Shown: one piece after another, positions 56,957 through 64,000 of the stretch
Numbering within the stretch: position 1 is the first letter of the stretch
How the letters are laid out: each line of letters starts with the position of its first letter
Assembly (NCBI GenBank): GCA_963802185.1
Contig: CAWDHU010000025.1
Coordinates: forward strand, 16,997 to 80,996
Length of the DNA stretch: 64,000 nt
Source of the DNA: an uncultured Bacteroidales bacterium
Lineage (GTDB): Bacteria; Bacteroidota; Bacteroidia; Bacteroidales; UBA4417
Direction: 5' to 3'
Notes under the pieces: generated by a model
The model's database searches: none
What the model was told of the DNA's origin: nothing
What the model saw: the letters and a program-made list of their open reading frames with translations, nothing else
Made by a program: the position numbers and the translations under genes

Positions 56957-58309
56957 TTACTGCAAATCTCTTCCTTCGTCTTTTAACATCCGGTAGATGG
57001 TTGTCTTGCCTATGTTAAGCTTATCGGCAACAAGGCGTACTTTATTATCGTACTTATTCAGGTAATGGGTGATAATGATCTTTATATAATCATCCAATGT
57101 AGCTTCTTCGTTTACAAAATCGAGCATTGCAGCAGTATTTGGCAATTTAACGTCTTCGGCATGAATGGTATCTGTATTCGTCATTACAGCTGCCAGCTCA
57201 ACAATAGCTTTTAATTCACGCACATTGCCAGGGAAAGGATATTTGCGGAATTTCTCCATGGCATCGGCTGAAATAATAAGTTTAGGCATAGTGTTTTTTG
57301 AACAGAATTCATCCACAAAGAACCTTGCCAACAAAAATATATCATTCCCCCGCATCCGCAATGGGGGAAGTTCGATTGGCAATCCCAACAACCTGTAGTA
57401 CAAATCTTCCCTGAAATTACCTTTTTTAACTTCTTCAAGAAGGTTTTTGTGTGTGGCCACAATAACACGCACATCTAGCTTTTGCGGTTTATTTGAACCA
57501 ACCCTTACCACTTCTTCTTCCTGTAACACCCTCAGTAGTTTAGCCTGCATATTCAGGTCCATATCCCCTATTTCGTCAAGGAATATTGTACCATGGTTGG
57601 CTTCTTCGAATCGCCCGATTCGCTGATTATTGGCCCCGGTAAACGAACCCTTCTCATGGCCAAACATCTCACTTTCTATGAGTTCGCGTGGAATCGCTGT
57701 CACATTTACAGCAACAAATGGCTTGTTTTTTCTTTTTGAGTTGAAGTGTATAGCTTTGGCTACCAATTCTTTACCTGTACCTGTTTCACCATGCACCGAA
57801 ACTGTAATGTTGGTTTTGGTGGCTTTTTCGATCAGGCGGAACACGGCATTTATTGGCGCGCTATCCCCCTTTATCAGGCTATTAAATTCATATTTTTTCC
57901 CGATTTCATCCTCCAGGTTCGAAATACGCTGTTTGAGGTTAAAATTTGATTTGATGTTTCGCATTACCGACCAGATCCTGTCTTTGGTATCCGGATCCTT
58001 AAGAACATAATCGTAAATACCTTTCTTTAATAACTCTACGGCAGTTGAAATATCCTGCTGTCCCGAAACAATTATTACCGGCAACTCAGGATCAAATTCC
58101 CTGATGCGTTTTAATACATCAAATCCACTCATATCCGGAAGATTGAAGTCGAGTGAAATGGCTGAAGGTCCTTTATACAGATTAGCCAGTAATTCCTTAC
58201 CTGAAGTAAAGACGGTTACGTCATAATCCGGATTTTGTGACAAATGATACGAAAGTATTTTCGCATACATAATATCATCTTCAACTATAAAAATTTTAAA
58301 CGTATCCAT
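56957..58309 (-). CDS. sigma-54-dependent response regulator (NtrC family)
   Basis: Receiver domain (FIVEDD...SLDFNLPDMSG), AAA+ sigma-54 interaction domain (GETGTGKE, GAFTGA-like GSFTGA, ESEMFGHEKG) and a C-terminal HTH. Confidence 0.9.
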   Translation of the reverse strand: MDTFKIFIVEDDIMYAKILSYHLSQNPDYDVTVFTSGKELLANLYKGPSAISLDFNLPDMSGFDVLKRIREFDPELPVIIVSGQQDISTAVELLKKGIYDYVLKDPDTKDRIWSVMRNIKSNFNLKQRISNLEDEIGKKYEFNSLIKGDSAPINAVFRLIEKATKTNITVSVHGETGTGKELVAKAIHFNSKRKNKPFVAVNVTAIPRELIESEMFGHEKGSFTGANNQRIGRFEEANHGTIFLDEIGDMDLNMQAKLLRVLQEEEVVRVGSNKPQKLDVRVIVATHKNLLEEVKKGNFREDLYYRLLGLPIELPPLRMRGNDIFLLARFFVDEFCSKNTMPKLIISADAMEKFRKYPFPGNVRELKAIVELAAVMTNTDTIHAEDVKLPNTAAMLDFVNEEATLDDYIKIIITHYLNKYDNKVRLVADKLNIGKTTIYRMLKDEGRDLQ

Positions 58310-58486
58310 AAAAGTGTCCTTTTCTTAGGTTAATTTCCTAAAAAGGGAAAAGTAACAAGAAAAATCAAAAATAAAGTAAATTTCCCATACCGGGACATTT
58401 AATCTTGTATCAGGAGAGTTTGTCCGTATTAAGCTCAATATGTAAAATCCATAACTCAGAAAACTTTTTAAGGGTTCTTTTCAAAT

Positions 58487-58768
58487 TAAAAAGTGTGTAA
58501 CTAATCAGTGCCTAAAGTTAAAAGTGCCTAAAATGCCTAAAGTTCATTTTAGTAACCATATTTATGGGAAAGTAAATAAGTGGCTATAAAATAAATTACT
58601 CAATGATTTGCTGTTTTTCAAAGAATTGTGAGTTTTGACAAAAACCCTTAATAATAATGCGAATTCTATGAAGTAAAAGGAGCTAATTTTAGGCACTTTA
58701 GGCATTTTAGGCACTCTAAGTACTCTCAAAAAGAAAACTATTATTAGGGTGATTAGTTACAAAAGTGT
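58487..58768. repeat. MITE-like palindromic element with word-repeat arms
   Basis: The left arm is AAAAGTGTGTAACTAATCAGTGCCTAAAGTTAAAAGTGCCTAAAATGCCTAAAG. The right arm is TTTTAGGCACTTTAGGCATTTTAGGCAC...GGTGATTAGTTACAAAAGTGTTT. They flank ~130 bp. Confidence 0.6.
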
Positions 58769-59737
58769 TTATGATTTTGATAAACTCGTAAGAAGCCCCT
58801 CTATCTCGGCAAAACTATTCCTGGTGAGAATATCCATCCTGACTTTCTTAAAACCTGGCAAACCTTTAAAATACCCGGCATAATGTTTACGCATTTCAAT
58901 GATTCCTTTGTGTTCGCCTTTTTTCTCGATGGCGAACCTTAAATGAGATAAGCTAACTGCAATGCGCTCCTTTAAATCAGGTGGAGGAATAACTTCTCGG
59001 TTCCGAATAAATGATTTAACTTCATTAAATATCCATGGATTGCCAATTGCGGCTCTCCCGATCATAATGGCATCAACTCCGTATCTGTTGAACATTTCAG
59101 CTGCTTTCGGAGCATTGGTAATATCCCCGTTTCCAATCACGGGAATTTTCATCCTGGGGTTATTCTTTACTTCACCTATCAGGGTCCAGTCAGCTTCGCC
59201 CGAATACATCTGAGCCCTTGTGCGGCCATGAATTGTAATCGCTTTTATACCAACATCCTGAAGCTGTTCTGCCACATCCACAATAATTTTATTATTTTCG
59301 TCCCAACCAAGCCTTGTTTTCGCTGTTACAGGCAATCTCACCGCATTTACCACTTCGCGGGTGATGGCCACCATAAGCGGAATATCGTTCAGCAGGCCGG
59401 CACCGGCGCCTTTCATGGCCACTTTCCTGACCGGACAGCCAAAGTTAATATCAATCAGTTCGGGATTTTGCTGTTCAGCAAGTAATGCTGCATTCTTCAT
59501 AGCTTCCACATTGTTTCCGAAAATCTGGATTCCAATTGGCCTTTCACTTTTGTCGAACATCATTTTATTACTGCTTTTCACGGCCGACCGAACCAGTGCT
59601 TCCGACGATACAAATTCAGTATACACCATATCAGCACCGTGAGCCCGGCATACAGTGCGGAATGCTGAATCAGTAATATCCTCCAGCGGAGCAAGAATAA
59701 CCGGGTATTTTCCCAAATCAGTTTTTCCTATAATCAT
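58769..59737 (-). CDS. dusB: tRNA-dihydrouridine synthase
   Basis: VILAPLEDITDSAFR, INFGCPV, ...KTRLGWD and IHGRTR motifs of the Dus family. ATG 59737 is preferred to 59770. Confidence 0.9.
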   Translation of the reverse strand: MIIGKTDLGKYPVILAPLEDITDSAFRTVCRAHGADMVYTEFVSSEALVRSAVKSSNKMMFDKSERPIGIQIFGNNVEAMKNAALLAEQQNPELIDINFGCPVRKVAMKGAGAGLLNDIPLMVAITREVVNAVRLPVTAKTRLGWDENNKIIVDVAEQLQDVGIKAITIHGRTRAQMYSGEADWTLIGEVKNNPRMKIPVIGNGDITNAPKAAEMFNRYGVDAIMIGRAAIGNPWIFNEVKSFIRNREVIPPPDLKERIAVSLSHLRFAIEKKGEHKGIIEMRKHYAGYFKGLPGFKKVRMDILTRNSFAEIEGLLTSLSKS

Positions 59738-59801
59738 AACAATGTATATCTGGTGCAAAAATAGCAACAATAACCAAGGTTCAGGATTAAACCATATTCA
59801 T

Positions 59802-59809
59802 TACTTTTG
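59802..59809 (+). promoter_or_regulatory. Bacteroidota -7 promoter motif TAnnTTTG (TACTTTTG)
   Basis: Exact consensus match 17 nt upstream of ATG 59826. Confidence 0.4.
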
Positions 59810-59825
59810 CGGTAAACACCACATC

Positions 59826-60755
59826 ATGCTCAGAGGCGCATACAGTCAAATAAATAGCTTCAGTAAGTTTATCCTGCTGCTAACGCTGGTTATCAGTTTT
59901 CTGCTGTTCTCAATCTTAATCGGAATTCTGGCGCTGGTGCCATTTTTCGGAACCGGAGTTATAGGTTTGCTTTCCGCTCCTGACTACACAAGTGTATCGG
60001 TTGTTAATGGCATGAAAGTGATTCAGATTATTAATACGTTAGGTGGTTTATTATTGCCTGCAGTTATTTATATGTGGCTTTGTGCACCTGAGAGTAAAAT
60101 ATACCTTGGCTTTCGCAAATCATCATTCATATACGTATCCATAGTATTATCAGCATTTCTGATTGTATTTGCACAACCGCTTATTGGCTGGGCCAATGAA
60201 CTTAACAGCTACCTTTCACTACCCGAAGGCCTTTCATCCATTGAAAACTGGATGAAAAATGCCGAAACCCAGGGTGCACTGATCACAGAAGCATTTCTTT
60301 CGACTACATCTGCAAGTGGTCTGCTGTTAAATATTTTTATGATTGCCATTCTTCCGGCTTTTGCTGAAGAAATACTATTCAGAGGTGCACTTGCCTCATT
60401 ATTTAAAGACTGGACAAAGAATGTGCACCTGGCTGTTTTTATTTCCTCTTTTATTTTTGCAGCTATCCATATGCAGTTTTATGGATTCCTGCCAAGGTTT
60501 TTACTTGGTACAGTCCTTGGATATCTTTTTTTCTGGAGCGGAAGTTTATGGTTGCCCATAGTGGCGCATTTTACCAATAACTTTTTATCGGTGATTGTTG
60601 AGTTTCTTTATCGAAAAGGTACTATTCAGACCAATGCCGAAAACTTCGGTATGGACAATACTGCTTTGTTTACCCTGATCAGCATTGTAGGAGTAACAGG
60701 TTTGTTGTATTATATTTACAAGCTTACGGTGATGCAAAGGAGCGAAAGTTTATAA
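59826..60755 (+). CDS. CPBP-family intramembrane glutamic endopeptidase (CAAX protease-like)
   Basis: Polytopic protein with the EEILFRG, FAAIH and HFTNN motifs. ATG 59826 is preferred, because the longer ORF overlaps dusB on the opposite strand. Confidence 0.82.
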   Translation: MLRGAYSQINSFSKFILLLTLVISFLLFSILIGILALVPFFGTGVIGLLSAPDYTSVSVVNGMKVIQIINTLGGLLLPAVIYMWLCAPESKIYLGFRKSSFIYVSIVLSAFLIVFAQPLIGWANELNSYLSLPEGLSSIENWMKNAETQGALITEAFLSTTSASGLLLNIFMIAILPAFAEEILFRGALASLFKDWTKNVHLAVFISSFIFAAIHMQFYGFLPRFLLGTVLGYLFFWSGSLWLPIVAHFTNNFLSVIVEFLYRKGTIQTNAENFGMDNTALFTLISIVGVTGLLYYIYKLTVMQRSESL

Positions 60756-60782
60756 TTGTTTACCTGAAAATCAGGTATCCTT

Positions 60783-61847
60783 TTAGTGTAAAAACAGTGT
60801 TCCAATATATCGGTCGATAAGCCTTGGCAAAGGCAGTTCTGCTATTTCATTTTTTCTAACAGAAAGTATATTTTCGGGGAGTGTGGGTACACCCGGCAAT
60901 TCAATCCGGATAAATCTGACCAATAACCTGCGATGCGATAGCTGATGAATATATTCATCTGAAACCTGTTTTACGATAAAAGGAAATCCACCACACAGAC
61001 CTGATTTTACACATGCATCCAAAACTTCTGTAGCATCAGTGGCATCGCTTGTTTCAACACAAGGAAAGTCATACATGTTTTTCCAGATATCATTCCCTGT
61101 GCGTTTGCGCATCATAATAAATTCTTCCTTATCTTTTTTAAAGCCTATAACCAGGTAATTGAGATGACGAACTGTTGCAGCTTTTTTAGGTGTTTTAACG
61201 GGGAGGTTTTCAACCTGGTTGAGTTTAAGCGCTTCGCATGCAAATGCAAGCGGACAAATATCGCAGGCCGGACTTTTAGGCATACACACCAGGGCCCCGA
61301 GTTCCATTACTGCCTGGTTAAATGTGCCGGGATGATTGGTGTCAAGCAAATTGTTTGCGAGGTTAGTAATGGTTTTTCGGCCTTCATTCGAATCAACAGG
61401 TGTATCAATGGCATACAAACGTGAAATTACCCTGGCAACATTCCCATCGAGAACAGCCGTTGGTTCATCAAAACAAATAGAAGCGATGGCAGCGGCCGTA
61501 TAATCCCCGATTCCTTTAAGTTTTTTTAATCCTATAGCTGATTGAGGGAATAAACCATTATGTTTTTCAACAATTTCCTTAGCGGTATAATGCATATTTC
61601 TAGCCCTTGAATAGTAGCCAAGCCCTTGCCAGAGTTTTAATACGTCCTGTTCGGCAGCAGCAGCCAGGCTTTGAACATCGGGAAAGGCCACGAGAAAACG
61701 ATGGTAATAATCTGTCCCCTGGGCTACGCGTGTTTGCTGTAAGATAACTTCTGAAAGCCAGATTTTGTATGGATCACGGGTTTCGCGCCATGGGAGCGGG
61801 CGTTTATTCTGGCTGTACCAGTGAATCAGGGATTGTGAAATTTGCAT
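60783..61847 (-). CDS. mutY: A/G-specific adenine DNA glycosylase
   Basis: LPWRETRDPYKIWLSEVILQQTRV, HhH-GPD (GIGDYTAAAI), 4Fe-4S cluster loop C-x6-C-x2-C-x5-C (CMPKSPACDICPLAFAC) and a C-terminal NUDIX-like domain. Confidence 0.92.
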   Translation of the reverse strand: MQISQSLIHWYSQNKRPLPWRETRDPYKIWLSEVILQQTRVAQGTDYYHRFLVAFPDVQSLAAAAEQDVLKLWQGLGYYSRARNMHYTAKEIVEKHNGLFPQSAIGLKKLKGIGDYTAAAIASICFDEPTAVLDGNVARVISRLYAIDTPVDSNEGRKTITNLANNLLDTNHPGTFNQAVMELGALVCMPKSPACDICPLAFACEALKLNQVENLPVKTPKKAATVRHLNYLVIGFKKDKEEFIMMRKRTGNDIWKNMYDFPCVETSDATDATEVLDACVKSGLCGGFPFIVKQVSDEYIHQLSHRRLLVRFIRIELPGVPTLPENILSVRKNEIAELPLPRLIDRYIGTLFLH

Positions 61848-62008
61848 GCAGTTGATTCGTATAAAATACGGGTTTTGTAACCCGGGCTTAAAAGTAGTCA
61901 GATATTTGCCTTCTCATAACGATTGAAATTCATATTTGATCGATTTCGGGTTTTACTTTTCCGGAAATAATTTAACTTGCACAGCTTTTCTTTGAAACAT
62001 CTTTGATT

Positions 62009-64000
62009 ATGATTAAAAAAATCACATTTCTACTTTGCTCCTTATTGCTTTTAAGTACAATAACATTTAGCCAGGCACTGGTTAAAAAGCCACTTACTCA
62101 CGATGTGTACGATGGATGGAAAAAACTGGACAAACCGCTTATTTCCGATAATGGAATATATATTTCTTACGAAATAAATCCGCTGAAAGGCGATGGCTGG
62201 CTCCACCTGCAAAACCCGGCAACCAACAAGCATGATTCGCTCTACCGGGGACAAGGTGCAGTGTTTTCATCTGGCATTGATATTATGGCATTCCGGATTG
62301 TTCAGCCTGAAGATACAATACATAAACTGAAATTAGCCAAAAAGAAAAAAGATGAACTGCCAAAAGACTCATTAGGAATCTGGTTGTTAGAGAAAGATAC
62401 GATCCTTCGATTTGCAGGTTTAAAATCATTTCAACTTCCAAAAGAAGGCGGAGCATGGGTAGCATGGCTTTATGAGAAATCGAAAGAAAAAGAGAAACCA
62501 AAAGAAAAAGCTGACAACAACGATACCATTCAAAAATCAACTCCCGATACTGTTGCTGTTATATCGAAAGAAACATCAGGGAAACCCAAAGAGAAGGAAA
62601 AGAAGAAGAAAAAAGGCTCTTATGCCGATATTGAAACAGCCAATCTCACTATACTGAATCCGGTTACCAATCAGAAATCGGAATCCGAAAATGTTACTGA
62701 ATCTGCTTTTGCAAAAAACGGCAACATACTTGCATTCATCACATTAAAGAAGGATAGTATTGATTCAACAGCTGTTAATGTATTTGATACGCGGAGTTTA
62801 AAACTGCAGAAGATTTTTGAAAGACCCGGTTTTTCTAAAAAGGTTATAGCTTCCAATGATGGCAAGTCAGTTACGTTTCTGTATACTTCTGATACATCAA
62901 AGGTGAAGCGATATGGTCTGTATTTATGGGACGAAAAATCGAACAAGACAATCATGGTAGCTGATACTTCGACAATTGGAGTTCCATCCGGGTGGGAAGT
63001 TTCAGAGAACGGAAGCCTGAGTTTTTCTGATGACGGCAGCAAATTATTTTTTGGAACAGCTCCTAAAAAGATGCCGGAACCAAAGGACACACTTCTTGAA
63101 GAAGAAAAGGTAAAAGTAGATATCTGGTCATGGAACGATGGCCTTCTGCAATCACAACAGCTTAAACGGCTCGAAGATGATTTAAAAAAGACATATCTTG
63201 CCGAATATCGTTTTTCAGATAAGCGGATTGTACAACTGGCAGATTCACTCGCGGAACAGGTTCGCACATTCCGGAAAGGGGATGCAGATTTTGCGCTTGG
63301 AATAACCAACAAACCATATGAAATACTCAGCTCGTGGGAAGGTACTTCCTATCGCGATTTTTACCTGATTGATTTGAAAACAGGAAGCCGGAAACTTCTG
63401 CTTAAGAAACACCCGGCTGCAGCCGAATTGTCGCCTGCCGGCAAATTCCTTTTGTATTATGATATTGCCGACAGCACCTGGAATACTATCCAGGTTTCGA
63501 CCGGGAAGAAATTCTGCCTGACAAAAAATCTTGATCTTCAGTTCAGCGACGAAGAAAACGACCAGCCCGATCAGCCAAATCCTTACGGAATTGCTGGCTG
63601 GACCACAGATGATGCTTCGGTTCTTATTTATGATCGTTATGATATCTGGCTTTTCAATCCTGAAAATAAAATTGCCCCGGTTTCAATTACCGGAAAGGGT
63701 AGAAGTAGTAAGACAGTGTTTCGTTATATTAAAACCGATCCCGATGCTTTGGATATCAATCCCAAAGAACCAGATACTTTTAAAACTAACTGAAGATGAA
63801 AGTTGTAAAGAAGGGTTTGCAAAGCTTAAATTAAGCGAACCAGGTAAACTTTCAGTTTTAATTTTATCCGATCACGATTACAGCAATCCTGTTAAAGCGA
63901 AAAATACTGAGCAATATATCTGGCAGCGTGCAAGTTATATTGAATATCCTGATTTGTGGACAAGCACCTCTTTGTTCACTGAAGCTAAAAAGCTTTCAGT
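62009..64000 (+). CDS. S9-family (prolyl oligopeptidase-like) peptidase, N-terminal propeller part; frameshifted near 63770; 3' end outside window
   Basis: Signal peptide MIKKITFLLCSLLLLSTITFSQ. The main frame stops at 63793 (...KEPDTFKTN*), but the next frame continues ILLKLTEDESCKEGFAKLKLSEPGKLSVLILSDHDYSNPVKAKNTEQYIWQRASYIEYPDLWTS... to the window edge. It also has a Lys/Glu-rich insert at ~62470-62620. Confidence 0.65.

Noticed and set aside
62470-62620. Lys/Glu-rich stretch (KEKEKPKEK...KEKEKKKKK) in the S9 peptidase, as a possible separate feature or repeat element.
   Set aside because: It is in frame within the peptidase ORF and flanked by propeller sequence. It is most simply a low-complexity surface insert.

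Overview
The window looks like a chromosomal segment from a Bacteroidota-type anaerobe. Evidence for that: TAnnTTTG promoter motifs about 20-45 nt upstream of several start codons, butyrate kinase, an ECF sigma module, and many S9 peptidases and glycan-active exoproteins.

Housekeeping and metabolic genes:
- An ABC-2 exporter operon (1-3.7 kb).
- cysS, metG, mutY, dusB, rluB, buk and tRNA-Leu(CAA).
- DPP-IV-like and other S9 peptidases, and an M2-like metallopeptidase.
- A sigma-54 response regulator, a tandem-Usp protein and an LD-carboxypeptidase.

Two accessory regions stand out:
1. 6.6-17.0 kb is an AT-rich island. It is built from about 10 copies or variants of a 125-170 bp structured repeat with integron attC architecture (TAAC...GTTA R boxes, long imperfect stem, compensatory variants). 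These repeats bound discrete cassettes, all coding on the minus strand. The cassettes are YoeB/YefM, a nucleotidyltransferase-fold protein plus a membrane protein, a tandem-TIR protein, small membrane or secreted proteins, and three consecutive ORF-less cassettes rich in TGTCAAT words. A co-oriented tyrosine recombinase sits at the upstream end. It does not look like a canonical IntI, and duplicated relics of its 3' end lie next to it.
2. 37.2-48.6 kb is a minus-strand cluster. It holds four tandem DUF4874/DUF4832-like secreted paralogs (one with a DUF1566-like tail, one frameshifted, plus a gene relic), a GH114-like protein and a twin-arginine (Tat-type) NodB/DUF2334-like protein.

Other notable items:
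- An IS200-like/RAYT Y1 transposase nested in its own REP hairpins.
- A 20 x 14-aa (42-bp) repeat tract in rluB.
- Several families of intergenic 'word-repeat' and palindromic elements, some inside operons.
- At least five genes with single-nucleotide frameshifts, some of them at homopolymers. These may be assembly errors.

No CRISPR array and no rRNA were seen.
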